64,000 bases of DNA. Origin: Lama glama. Taxonomy: Eukaryota. Location of the stretch: positions 18,292,001-18,356,000 of the forward strand of contig CM052817.1 in assembly GCA_028534125.1 (NCBI GenBank), read 5' to 3'. Position numbers and translations under genes: made by a program. The notes beneath the pieces were generated by a model, which saw only the letters and a list, made by a program, of their open reading frames with translations, was not told the origin of the DNA and searched no databases. Positions 1 through 12,676 of the stretch are shown in pieces; positions within the stretch are counted from its first letter, which is position 1, and each line of letters starts with the position of its first letter.

Positions 1-3000
1 TTTCATTTTGCTTATTTTCCATCTCGGGAATAAAGCAACCTGAAAATTTTTAATAAAAAGCTGTAGTATCCTATAGTTGTCACTAGATGACAGTATTGTA
101 CCAGTATTCTCTCAGCTCTTCCCCATTCCCGCCACCTTCAAAATGTTAATTATATAATTTTTCGTGGGAATAATTTTGGTTTCTAAATTTATTGCAGTAG
201 TTTTCCAGTAATGTCAAATTTATCAGTAAGCAGGTAGCGTCCATAAGCTGCAGTATTTAAAAGAACAAAATGACTATTTATTTATTTATTTATTTCCCTC
301 CTTGGAGCTTCCTGAGTTGATTAATAGAAACAGACCATATTGCCACGTATAATCGTCACGATTATGCAGGCTGTTCATTTACCGTTTGTGTGTTCACATG
401 TGTTCAGCTGCCACATCTGCAGTGCATGTTGGAAAAACAGCCCCTTCTCTGTGCACTTTGAAACATCAACTGTTTCTCATTTGGAGCAATTTCTTTATCT
501 TGTTTTGTGAATAATCATTGTTACCCACAAATCTGGGAGGCAAGGGAGCAGAAAACAGTCTGCACGACAAGGAGGAGGACTTTAGAGATGCACATGTGTG
601 TAAGTAGATGAACGAGAGCTGTGGGCCGGCCTCATGCACAAACAAGGCAAGTGCTGGGAGAGGGAAGTTGCGTGTGTTAATTAGATTAATGGTTTGGGAA
701 CAAATCCATTTCAGAGCAGCTAATTAAATGTTTCATTTTGAGTTATTTTGTGTAATTTGCTTGGGTATGTGACAGCCAAATATTAAGTATTTAATTTTAC
801 CTTGAAGTACAACCCACCAATATTTCACTGATTTAGTTCTTTGGTTTTGGTACTTTGGGTTTTCCACGTGCCCTCTTTTTGGTCCTGGTTAATCCACTTG
901 ACAGCTGACCGTGAAACGGGGACCCTGCAGTTTCCTTTTATAAAATGATCAGTTACACCTGGGACCAACCCGAGTAGGATTTAAGCTTTCTTGCTGTCAT
1001 CACCTTGATTACATCCTGAAAGGTTAGAGGTAGAAGAACTCCTTGCGGGTTTCTCTCATCCAGCCTTCTAGTGCTGCGGTTTCCCTGACGAACTGGTCCT
1101 CCAGGTCCTGCATGAGCCCCTCCCCCGCCCCGCCCCAGGGACGGGACTGTCTTGGGCAACATGGCATCAGCACTGGCCTCACTGAAGGACAGGAAGGACT
1201 CGGGGGATATTTTTCCTCACAGCGAGCCAAGGGGAGGGCAGTGGCAGGAAGGAAATGCAGGTGGACAGGTGAGCAGGGCTGTGCCCGGGGAGCTCTGCAG
1301 GCTGCAATGAGGAGTTTGGGTCCTTGGCAACAAGGCGCTCCAGGCAGCTGCTATGATTCCATCAGAAATGGCACACGGGATGGAACCTGTCTCACGTCCC
1401 AGGTTTATTCTACAGGCAGTGTGCACAGTCTTCTGTGACCTCTCCCCAATGAGAGAGAGACAGCCTTTCTCTGTGGCTCCAGACTCCTCCCCACCCGTGA
1501 GTCAAATGCCTTGAATCTTAGATCCAAGTGATGGTTTTTAACCTCTGTTCCACTACAGGTATACCCCTCTTTCCCCACCTTGCTTGGAGTCTGGCTTTTG
1601 AGTAGAATTTGGCAGCACCCGTGTAAGATGTCTAGAAAAAAGGTCACCAGCTGCCTTTGCTTTCAGGCAAAGGCACCCCTGTTAGCGTGAGCTGGGTCCT
1701 CCCCTGCGAAGTTGGGGCAGAGCGCAGCCTCCTCAGTCCAGCCCCTCCCTGGGGCCGATCCTGACTTAGGCACTCCAGCTCCTCCCAACCACCCTTCTGG
1801 ACTCCTCTCCGCCTCCCCCTCCCTTCTGTGTCCTTTGGGACCAAAGTTAAGACTGTACATCTTGCACAAAGCCTGCTAGGACACACCTGTCTCCACAACA
1901 GGATTCTCCTGCTCTCTAAATGCCTCAGTCCAGCTGGTTAGATCCTCAGTCCACCAAGTGGGAGGAAGTTTTGAAAGATTCTTCAGAGAGGTGTGTGGGG
2001 GTCTCACTATCTTTTTGCCCAGGTTTTCAGTGGCTCTAAACGCTGGGTAAATGATATCTGAATTTGAGCAGATAAAATCCACTTTCTGTGGTGCATGTAG
2101 AATTCTGAGAACACTCTAGTTTCAGGAAAAATTTCAAGAGAAGTCGCCTTTTATACGTAGCACGTATTTTCAACACCAGAGCCTTTGGCTGTGGGGATCT
2201 TGTTATAGGAAGCATGAGGTCTGCATTTCCACCTTCGGACAATCTCGTCTTGCCTCGGGTCTGAAAGTCCTGAGTTCCACCTGCACTCTGTCCAACGCTC
2301 ACACGTAATGGACAGAATTTGCAGAGACTGACTGACGGGAGGGAACAGGAAGGGAAGGGCTGGGCTGAGAGCGGGGCTGGTGGGAAGACACTCTGACTTT
2401 AGACTCTGAGATTCTTCAAGGAGCAATAGGAGTTTTCCAAGAAGATGAGATGAAGAGTGGGTTCCAGGTAGAGGGAAGAGTGTATGCAGAGATGCGGAAA
2501 TAGGAAGCAGCAACCTGCATACTCCCTCTGCTTCAAGGCTCAGCTAAATCCCTGCCTTTTTCAGAAATCACGCAGCAATAATCTCAGACCACAGTGATGT
2601 TCCCTGTTGTTGCCGGTCATTCCTATGGAACAAGACCAGAAGCCCCTGGAGACCAGTTCTGTCCTTTCAGGGTGGACCCAGTCCCCAGGACTGTGCTCTG
2701 TAACTGCTCAGAGCCTGCCATCCTGCAGGGGGAGTCCAGGAAGCCTGCAATAAAAATTGCCAGGTTGCCAGCTTCTTACTGATTCTGCAACAAAGGAAAA
2801 GATCTTCTTTCATCGAATGTAAAAGGTGAAAAAAAAAATCCTGAGTTTCTCTTGGTGGAAAACAAAGGAAGTTTGCTTAACTATGTCTGCCTTTTCAACA
2901 TGTAAAGAGTTGTTTTTCTGCAAAATAGGGTTTTTAATATTTGATAAGTTTTTGAGAACACTGCACGGTATCAACTCTGAATGGTTGGGCTCAGTTCAAA

Positions 3001-3529
3001 GGCTTGTATAAATCTTTCTAAAGAAGAGCAGTATTAAAATAGCCCAGTTTCCCTGATTTGGGCTTTAACTATATTTACACGCAAATCTTCAGAAGAGTTC
3101 CTCTTCTCAGCTTCACATTCCTCCAGACTCTAATGCGGGCCTTTTTATGGACCAGGAATCTGGCCAATTTGTATTTTTCTAGTAGCTCCAACAATAAAGC
3201 CACTCTCATTATGGAATAAAATTGAACGACTGTCTCCTAATTTTTTTTGTGCAGTTGATTTGAATGACATCTGTTATGTTTGTCTCACTGCATTGTAATC
3301 AGGGCAGTTTGGGGGATTCTGCGGGCCCTGGCACTGACATGATACCCAGAACTGCAACCGCGCCACCGTCTGTCATTTTGGTGTGCCCCGCTTAGTGGTC
3401 TGAGGTGTGGGCTTGCTCTGGTTGGTCACGTGATGCCTCCGATGCAGAAGGTCAGACAGGTTCGAATTTGCTCTGAAAAATCATAGTTTTTTATTTTCAG
3501 ACATCTCTTTAAGGAAAATACTTTCTGAT

Positions 3530-3531
<2 letters not shown>

Positions 3532-3563
<32 letters not shown>
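3532..3563 (+). repeat. (GT)16 microsatellite
   Basis: Read directly from the sequence. Confidence 0.97.
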
Positions 3564-3566
<3 letters not shown>

Positions 3567-4944
3567 AATCACCACACCAACAAGGACATCCTTGTTTTGG
3601 TTCGTACTTGTATTGCTTGTGTGTGTACCTTTGTCATCTGTGTGGCCCTGTCTCCCTGGTCAAATGCTGACACAGCTCTGTGAACCATCAGTCTCTGCTT
3701 CATGCTTTTCCTGCCTCTTTTTAAAATTGGAGAGGAGTCACCTTCCCCTGGCGTGGTGACCTCCAGGCTGGGCTCGCTCTTCCTCTGTGTTTCCTGATTC
3801 CTACTTGGTGAGGGAACGCGCTAGGTTGCGGCTGGCTTAGAATTCAAACCTGTTTTCTGTCCACAGAGTCATTACTGTCTTTAATTAAGCTCTAAGACGT
3901 TGCTGGGGGTGGGGGGAAGCAGGGAATAATCATCTCTTTTTGATTTGCCCAAAGTGTTTTTGGCTCAAATATAATGAAGGTGAAGATATGACTCTCTCCC
4001 TAAGAGCATGGAATTGCAGAAACATTGTGCTGAGCAGGGCTCAGCGCAGCAGGATGTTTGAAGATCTGCTTCTGGTTTTGCTCCGGCTGGTCACAGTAGG
4101 GGGGTGATGGACAGTTCAGGGGCTGGTTCATCCTTCTCTGGGGCTTTGTGTCTTAGGTGCCTGGTGGTCATGTAGACTGGATAATAGACTGTTTGGTAAA
4201 CAGCTAGAATTCCTCTTTGCTTCTTACAGGATCCTCTTTTTTATCCTTCATTTACAAAGAGGTCAGAAAAGATGGGGCTTTCTCCAGTGCATGTGCTACC
4301 TCATTACCCACAGGCTGCCGTTTCCCAGATGCCTGCCAAACTTTGCACTTTCTGTCGTACATGTTTTATTAGTTTGCACATAAACGGATGTTGGCAGTCA
4401 CTCAAGGATCTACCCAGAGCAAGCAAATCCTTTACCAACATCACATGTTTATTCTCTTGGGTTGTTCCGTGTTGTATTTATATCCGCTTTTGATGGCAAC
4501 TTGTTTTATTATCCTCTATCATTTCCCTTTGTCTCCTTAAATACAGAGTGAGTTTCTTTTGTGGCAAATTTTTGGAAGATTACCCTCTAAAATATTCTTG
4601 TGTTGATTCGATAAGTGTTTTGGAAATATTTGAAGTTACAGAAGTTGATACTAAATAATGACTGTTTCGAACTCCCCGGTGACTGTGCGTATGCAGATGG
4701 ATGCTGATTCCCGCCTTATCCCCGTCTGGGGCCCTCAAGGCCCGCTTCTTATGTCTGTCTTTGTTACCTTCGTTAGTCAATGTAGATTCTGTTTCCTTTG
4801 TCTTTAAATTATTTCTCGTCAATTTAAAGGGCTAATTTGTCAGTAACTTTTATACAAAGCAGCCCATCACCAAAGTCAAATGGAGTTGTCTGAGCAAACT
4901 GCCTGGACCGCAGTGGAAGAGGTTGGAACAGGGAGTAAAAAGAA

Positions 4945-5125
4945 TACCATTTACTTACTGTGGACTCTGTGTCAAGGACTTTACATAAGTTATTTCATTT
5001 CTTTTTTCACTGTCACCCTGTAAAACAGGTGTCAGAGTCATATGATGAGACTGAGAGGTAAGTCTCTCACCCAGGGCCTGGCAGTGGTAGAGACGAGATC
5101 TGAACCAGCCAAATATGGCTTTGAA
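4945..5125 (-). mobile_element. MIR SINE remnant
   Basis: Reverse-complement MIR pattern: actttacataagttatttcattt...atgagactgagaggtaag...cacccaggg...gagatctgaacc. Ends approximate. Confidence 0.7.
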
Positions 5126-6779
5126 ATATAATCAAGAGATTTAGTGGGTGAGGGCGGGTGGGGAGGATGAGTGGAAGATCAGTTTCACTCAATAATGAGC
5201 AACAAGTTAAAACCCGTGTGAGGACATACGTTCACCTGTCACACACAGATATGCAGGATTACTCTCAGGACCCAGAGGCAAAAAGGGAGAGAGAAAGGAA
5301 AGTATGAAGGTGTACTGGGGGGTGTACTGGGGTGGTACTGCAAGCGCAGGCCAGTCCCCAGACCCAGGGACGTGCTCCCTCTCCCTGTGCCCTGCTCTGC
5401 CTGCCACCAGGCAGCCGAGGCGCCTCTACGATGAGCTGGACCTGGGGTAGCATCACTTCCATCCCACGAGAGGCAACCCTGCTAACTGGAACTCTGCCAT
5501 CATAGCCTCCTTCCTTTGAGCATCTGAGTCTTCCTGGAGGCCTTAGATGGCTTCCTAGGACAGAGCTCTGCTTTACGCCCTGGTCCCCCAGGAGGAGGCT
5601 CGCACCACACCCAGGCTGGGCCCACAGGCCTGAAGGGAGAGGAGCGGGAGGGAGTTCAAGAAAGTTACATCGTTGAGTGTCCCACTGCAAGCTGCTGGCT
5701 TTCGGCGCATCCCTCCAGAGTCCCAGAACAGGGGTTTCAACAAACGAAATACTCCATAAACGTTTGATAAAAGCGTGCAGGGAAGAAGGAAGGAAAGAGC
5801 TCCATAAGTTGCCATAATTTTGACTGTATCAAATCCAAAGAGCCGTCCTCAGAGTTCCAAACGTTACAACACTTTCTTCCATTAAGCTGACCCTGGACGT
5901 CACTTTGCTTAATTACTCCTTAGTGGCTCCTGGGTTTTTCTGTCCTCCAAGTTGTCTATTTTCCTGTGCCAGCAGTGACTGCAGCCGGCTTTCTGCAGCT
6001 CAGAAGCCTGGCCGGCTTTCACTGCCTCCTCGCTGGGATAGTCGCCTTACAGTTTCGGAGTTTTCTGTGTGCTGTGCAGCTCTCCTTTGGATGTAACAGG
6101 TTCTTGCTTCCAGCACAAAAATTAACCCACTCTGGCTGCTTTAGTTTGTATGTGTGGAAAAACACATACTTAGGTAAGAGACCCCTTGGGAAATAAATCG
6201 GAGAGGATGCCTGAAAGTAACCTCCAAGCCTCTTCTGTACCTGGTGGCTTTTTCTGTGGACATGTTCATCTGCTGAGGGAAGTGGACTCCAGTGTCCTGA
6301 GTGTTGGTTCCATCTCTTTAGAAAAGCAGATTGGCGTTTGTCTCCTAGTTGGAGGTGGCTGTGAAAATGCGAGGTCCCGGCAGAGGCCACGTGCGCGTCC
6401 CCACTCGGCTCCCAGGCCCCCTTTCACACTCTGTGAGCTGGTCGGCTCCCTTTTTCAACAGGGAGGACACACACACTCCCTAAGTGACATGTCCGAACAA
6501 AATGCAAAAGTAATGCACTTAGAACCAATTTCTCCTTGGACACCGAACAGCTGACCTAAAACTGTGCACATCAACACCCAAACCAAAAGCAGAACTGTAA
6601 AAAGTGAAACACCCACAAAATGAAATGGCAAAAGCCTCACACTTGATCTGAAAAACTCAGCCTTTTCTGACATGGTTGGAGCCAGCCCCGAGGCAGTCCC
6701 GGGCTTCTGCGGGAGAGGCTGCGCAGGATGGATGGTGAGGCTGGAGGGGCCGGGACCCGGCCCAGTGACTTTGACAACA

Positions 6780-6965
6780 TAGTGACCTTGGGCAGAAGCT
6801 TGATGTCGTTTTGTCTCCCTTTGGCCACTTCACACATCTGTCAAAGATGCATAATAACTCATCTTCATCTCATGTGGGGGCTGAGGATTAATTAATAAGT
6901 GGTTGTAAATTACTTGACACTCCTCAGAGGAAACGCATCCTGTAAGCGCAAGGAATCGTTATTAC
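6780..6965 (+). mobile_element. Old MIR-like (core SINE) remnant
   Basis: gtgaccttgggcag...catctgtcaaagatgcataataac...gctgaggattaattaataag follows the layout of the MIR core and 3' region. Confidence 0.55.
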
Positions 6966-7389
6966 CAGGCAGCTCAGCTGGCTCGGAAGCGATAATGACT
7001 TCTGGGAGGCTGCTGATCACAGGCTGTGGTCTTTCCGGCTTGGAAACCAAAGGTTAAGGGACCACATGGAGCCTCATCTCCCTGGTCATCCCTGCTGCAG
7101 AACAAGGCGTTCTTCCCCACAGAAATGCCTGCCCTGTCGGTGGCATTTTATCCCCTACATTTATGAAATGGATACCTACCTGGATTCTGGCGGGGGATTC
7201 ACAGCGGGACACTGGTGTTTCCCAAGGTGGAGTCTCAGTGCCCTAGGCCCACGTGACACACGAAACCAGAAGGGCTTTGTCAGGAGACCATACAGAATGC
7301 ACTTTCATGCATTAATGACCCACAAGGGGTTTATAAGAACCCATCATTCCCAAAATTATTGGATAAACTCTTGCATATACTTGCAAAAA

Positions 7390-7820
7390 TTGCATGCTCC
7401 ACTTTCCGTGGGTCTCCCCGATTGGAGTGTGACTTTGCAGCTTCTCTCATCAGTAGATGGGTCTGTTTCCATACCCTCTGATTCTGGGCAGGCCTTGTGA
7501 CATGCTTTGACCAATATGATGTGGCTGAAATGACGTTGTACCAGTTCTGAGCCTGGGCAACAAGAAGTCTTGCAGCTTCTATTCCCACTGTGAGATCGTT
7601 GTCTGTCTCCATGGGAACAAACCTGGGTCAGTGTGCTGGAGGATGAGAGAGACGTGACCCCAGCCAACCACCGGCCTTCTGATTTATTGGAAGGAAGCTG
7701 CCCACAGACACACAGCTGCACACAGCCCAGACTGTTGACCCAGAGACTTATGAGCCAAATAAATGGTGGTTGTTTTAAACCACTAAGTTCTGGTTGGTTT
7801 GTTATGCAGAAATAGATTCA
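7390..7820 (+). mobile_element. MaLR solo LTR (MLT1G/H-like)
   Basis: ccttgtgacatgctttgaccaatatgatgtggctgaaatgac...ttctgagcct, and a typical MLT1 3' end aataaatggtggttgttttaaaccactaagttctggttggtttgttatgcag. Confidence 0.8.
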
Positions 7821-8399
7821 GAATTCAATAATGGCATGCTTTAAAAAACTCTTTTAATAGTCCTAGGTATAGAAATTGGAGTTATATATGGGCGATGCAT
7901 AGACGATTTAGTGTTTGGCTGACTGGCTGTATCACTGCGGCCTCTTTGTCCATCTTCTTTGTTTCAGGGACGAAGCAAGGACTTAATGTCCTACAATTCC
8001 TCATAGGGTTCTAGGGTATATTCAGCCCACTTGAGTGTATCAGAGCTACCTGAGTGAGATTTGGAAAGTGAAAGGGAAACGAAGCTCTCGTCCTTGGGTG
8101 ACTGTGGGCAGAAGTGCGGGAGGAAGCTGGTATGAGGTTAGTAAGAGCTTCTGGTTGAGCTCCTAGGAATTGCCCCCATGACCCTGACACTTATGAATTG
8201 ATGACTTCAAGCAGTGGCTTCCGCAGACCTTCCAAGGGCATGTAAACCTCTGATGGCGGAGCTTTCCAAGTATATCAGAAGTGAGAATGTGGTGACCGTT
8301 ATGATAAGGGCACTTGCAGGGTATAGCATGTGCCTGTCACGATGGCCCTGCACAACCAGACTCCAGATGAAAGTTTTGCTTTGCTATCTTTTAAAAATA

Positions 8400-8545
8400 A
8401 GTGTTTACTAATTTATTATAAGGGACACAGTTCAGGAACAGCCAAATGGACGCGATGTGTATTTGGAAGAGGGAACTTCCATGCCCTGCCCGCCCCGCAC
8501 GCCACCCTCCCGGCACCTGGATGTGTCCCCTAGCCTGGAAGCTCT
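8400..8545. mobile_element. MER21-like LTR fragment
   Basis: tttattataagggacacagttcaggaacagccaaatgga...cttccatgccct...gccaccctcccggcacctggatgtg...ggaagctct matches the recalled MER21 consensus. Confidence 0.7.
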
Positions 8546-8559
8546 GTTATTCCTTTTCA

Positions 8560-8720
8560 ACTCAGTGACCTAGGGAACTTCCTGGGCCTTTGGCCTCATT
8601 TCACTCAGATGTAAAATGGAAATGACATTTCTTACCCTGAAGGGTTGTTGTGAGGAATAGAAGTGGTCCACGTGTGCAGATCTGTGGCACCTCGTCACTC
8701 ACTAAATGGAAGGTGTCTAT
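8560..8720 (+). mobile_element. MIR SINE remnant
   Basis: gcctcatttcactcagatgtaaaatggaaatgac...gggttgttgtgagga (MIR core). Confidence 0.75.
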
Positions 8721-9529
8721 TAGTTCAGGCTGGGTCCGAATTTTCAATGAAAGGAGTCTGAATTGCTGAGTTGTACTCTTTCACGTGGCCCCACGCTACT
8801 CCCTTAGCTCTCCTCTCCCATGTGACACATTTGTACATCTCAGGAAATTATCAGTAACTTTCTGAGCTCCTCTACTTGGTCCCCCCACCTCCACCGATCC
8901 CTGCATCTATGTCTGGCTTGCTCCTGTTGCCAAGATTGTTTTCTAATAAGCACAAACACCTCCTCAGGTGAATTAGAACACAAGCGCCGTGGCGTTTCCC
9001 AGGGATTTGCCTTTGAAATCAACAAGCAAATCAAAGCATTTTTCATTCCCCTGTAAGGATCTCACCAGGGTTGTGTCAGAACTCGAAGACAAGGTGGGGC
9101 AGCGCAGGAAGGGAAAGAGCAACCATCCGTTCTCACTTGCACAGTAGTTGCTGTGCTGAAAGAGTCCCACAAGGGACTGAGACTGCATTAAAGACAAAAA
9201 AATCAAAAAACGTCATCTGGTGTCTTGCTGTTCTTACTTGTTGTCTGTTTACTTGCAGGGAAGTGGCGGGGCGCAGTGGGCTCCTTGCACTCTTTTATGG
9301 AGGAAACTTCAACTGTAGAAGAGAGGAAACCCATCTTCCCAGAGATCTCCATGTGTGGTCCAAACGCGCAGACCAAAAGGCATGGCATTTATTTGATTTT
9401 AACGATGCATATTAAGTTCCCCTGTATGTAATAATTTATTTTAATATGAAAATTATATTACTCCCTAAATCTTTGTAGATAACAGATGCTCCAGGAAGAT
9501 GTGTGCACCGGGTTTTCTCCTTGAATGGT

Positions 9530-9775
9530 AATACTGTAAAGAGAATGGACTCAGGACTCAGACAGATACAGGTTTGAATTCTGGACTCTCCATTTTATAG
9601 CTGTGTGAACTGTGAAAAACAAATGAGTGTTTCTGAGCTGGTTATCTCATCCAAAAAAAGAGAATAATATTTCTTTGGTGGGGTCGTTATGAGGGTGAGA
9701 ATTAAATGAGCTAACGCACGTAAGAGTCTAACAAAGTAGGTGATAATACTTACACAGGAAACAGTAGCTCTTATT
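9530..9775 (+). mobile_element. MIR SINE, near full length
   Basis: agagaatggactcaggactcagacaga...ggtttgaattct...agctgtgtgaac...gagaattaaatgagctaa. Confidence 0.8.
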
Positions 9776-9794
9776 TTTATTGCTACTTACTCTT

Positions 9795-10482
9795 TTTTTG
9801 AATGCTTATTTTTTTATGGAAGTATAGCTGAATTACAATATTGTGTTAGTTTCAGGTATACAGCAAAGTGATTTGGTTATACATATATATGTATATATTC
9901 TATTTTTTTCAACTCCTTTCCATTATAGTTTATTACAAGATATTGAATATAGTTCCCTGTGCTATACAGTAAAACCTCTTGTTTATCTATTTTATATACA
10001 GTAGTGTGTATCTGTTAATCCCACACTCCTAATTTACCCCTAACCTTCCTTCCCCTTCGGTTACCATAAATTTGTTTTTTATGCCTGTGAGCCCACTTCT
10101 GTTTTGAAAATAAGTTCATTTGTACTATTTTTTAGATTCCACATATAAGTGATAACATAATATTTGTCTTTCTTTGGCTGATTTCACTTAATGTGATAAT
10201 CTCTAGGTCTATCCATATTGCTGCAAATGGCATTATTTCTTTTTTATGGCTCAGTAATATTCTGCTGCATATGTATACCACATCTTCTTTATCATTCATC
10301 TGTTAATGGACATTTAGGTTGCTTCCATGTCTTGGCTGTTATAAACAGTGCCGCCATGACCACTGGGGTGCATATAACTTTTCCATTCAGCGCTTTTGTT
10401 TTCTCTGGATACATTCCCAGGAATGGGATTGCTGAATCATATAGTAACTCTATTTTTAATTTTTTAAGGAACCCCCATACAG
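9795..10482 (-). mobile_element. 5'-truncated L1 (cetartiodactyl-type 3' end) with target-site duplication
   Basis: T-rich tail, then gaagtatagctgaattacaatattgtgttagtttcaggtatacagcaaagtg...ttagattccacatataagtgata...gggattgctgaatcatatagtaactc. It is flanked by ttgctacttactctt (9780-9794) and ttggtacttattctt (10483-10497). Confidence 0.92.
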
Positions 10483-11269
10483 TTGGTACTTATTCTTAGA
10501 AGGAGGAAACTGAAGAAATGTTTCTCATCTTCTTGATGCTGGAAGTCCACTTGACTTCAGTCTTAATCAAGGCTGAGATCTCAAAGTAGATGTTGTGAAA
10601 TTTTGCTGATGTGGGGTTGAGGAAGGAGCCTGGACAAGCCAGAGAAGCAAATACGCGTGTGTAAAGAATAGACTCCATTTGAACAGCGACTTTGGTTCCC
10701 TTCAGTTGGTGTTTGCCAATGATCTGTTCCTGAATGACTTGCACATGTTTACGTGGGTCTAAACATTGACTCAAAAAGTCACGAGCTTGGGGCCTCAGAG
10801 GATTTATGGTGCAGGGTACTGGCTGTCTCCATGCATTTGCTTCATCTTTCCTGCTTGATTTCTTTGCCTGAACAGACAAATTTCAGACGTCCAAAATGCC
10901 CTGTCAAGTCAGTCTGGTAGGGTAAGAGTAGAAGATACTCACTAAGGTTTTGCCTCCTGGTTCCTTTTTTTGTTTTTGTTTTTACTATTTTCTTTTCTCT
11001 CTCACTTTCTTTTTTGTCACAAGGTATTTATTGCCTCCAGGATAGGAGTGGGATGAAGGGGAGCATTAAGGCATCTCTGAATGGCTTTCAAGCAAGTGTC
11101 TGAAGGAATTTGAGAGCTAATGGTAGACACAATTGTGTGAATATCCTCCCAGGCTATGAGGAGCTTTGTCTTTTGGTTTTATTTTTGACAAAAGGTACTT
11201 TGTAGCCAGAGTTTGTTAGAAGCCTTAGAGTGATGTGTTGGTTTTAAGGCCACGTCTTTAGATGGACTA

Positions 11270-11645
11270 CAGCACGTTAGGTCAAAAAGAACAGAATTTG
11301 GCAGAAGTGATGAGATGTCGCTTGGAGAACAGTGTATGGAAGGACAGAGGCTTTCATCTTGGGAGCTGTTCCTCACTCTCTCTCGGAGGGCTTGCCCCCG
11401 GGAAGCCAGCCTCCACGTCACGTGAGGGAGCGTGGAAGCGCATTCTCCCCCAATCCAGCCTTGAGATGACTGCAGGCCAGACGGTGGAGGATGGACTACA
11501 GTCTCAGGAGAGACCTTGAGGCAGAGACACCTAGCTTCATCCTGTCCTGGTTCCTAAGCCACAAAAACTGAGATCATCAGTATCTGTTCTGCTGAGCTAT
11601 TAAGTTTTGGGATCATTTGTTACATAGCAATAGATAACTGATAGA
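11270..11645 (+). mobile_element. MaLR solo LTR (MLT1F-like)
   Basis: agaatttggcagaagtgatgagatgtc...ggggaagccagc...gccttgagatgactgcag...taagttttgggatcatttgttacatagcaatagataactgata. Confidence 0.8.
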
Positions 11646-11961
11646 CGTGGCTAGTGCATCATGATATAAAGTCAGTTTTTCTTTCGTAGAAGTGATAAAG
11701 ATCTGGTGGCTTGTTGGTGGTAACGGAGGAGCAGAGAGAATGTCACTGGGGTTAAGACAATGATGGACTTCCACCTGGGGACATGCACGAATGCCCCCTC
11801 CTCCTAGAGGGGCGGGGAGAAACCCTGCGTGCGTCCGGGGCTTCTGCCCAGTAGAGAGGACTGCAGCCTGGCTTCCCGAAGAGACAGCAAGCTTCCTAAA
11901 GGAGAAACACCTGCTGCACTGAAATCACAGGAAGGAGAAGTAACAGCCGGGGTGTCTAGGC

Positions 11962-12070
11962 CAGGGGCTGGCGGGCTCGTTCTGTAAAGAGTCAGATAAG
12001 CATTCTTGCTCGTGGGCTGTTCATTCTCTGTCACAACAACTTAACTCTGCCCTTTAGCGTGAAAGCAGGC
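11962..12070. mobile_element. MER58A-like hAT DNA transposon fragment
   Basis: caggggctggc...ttctgtaaagagtcagata...tctctgtcacaacaacttaactctgccctttagcgtgaaagcag. Confidence 0.7.
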
Positions 12071-12295
12071 AGCCTCCTGGACCCGGAAGGCGCCTCTGTG
12101 AACAGAAGAGATGCAGGAGGAGCTGTGTGCGCTGGAGGGCAGAGGCGGCCTTGAACTTTCCAGCTACATCTGCAGACAGATGAGGCCGGGAGGGTGAAGA
12201 TAAAAGGGGAATTTTACATTTCAACAAGTCAACGGGGACAAATGCTAGTGAGGAGCCAGGGATGTCTTCCCAGATTTTAATCCCTCCCTGGGGAG

Positions 12296-12356
12296 GTGTG
12301 TGTGTGTGCACACACGTGCGCGCGCGCGTGTATGTGTGTGTGTGTGTGTGCACGTG
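12296..12356. repeat. 61-bp perfectly alternating purine-pyrimidine tract (TG/CA/CG mix)
   Basis: Read directly from the sequence. Confidence 0.95.
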
Positions 12357-12676
12357 AGTCTACAGGGACAGTAGCCTCAATGGACTGAGTTCAAACTCTC
12401 AAGTCACTGAGTTTCCTTGAATAGGCACATTTTTCCCCTCCATCAGAGGTAAGTGGATTCTCGAGAACTAAGGGTGTGTCAGGGAGCAATGAAAAAGGAG
12501 ACATTTCTGCACCCCCAAGCGCTGTGATTATGCAGCACGGGTGTGTGCTCTATGCATATAAATAGCTAGAAAAATAGTATCGGGAGATCCAGATTTGGGA
12601 GCTGGGGGAAAACCACAAGTTCAGAGCACCTGAGCAGAGATAGCATTTCCTGCCGCTCGTGGCTGACTCTAGATTT

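Noticed and set aside
80..93. TCACTAGATGACAG, CTCF-like
   Set aside because: It has two mismatches, including a core G, which is too weak to call.
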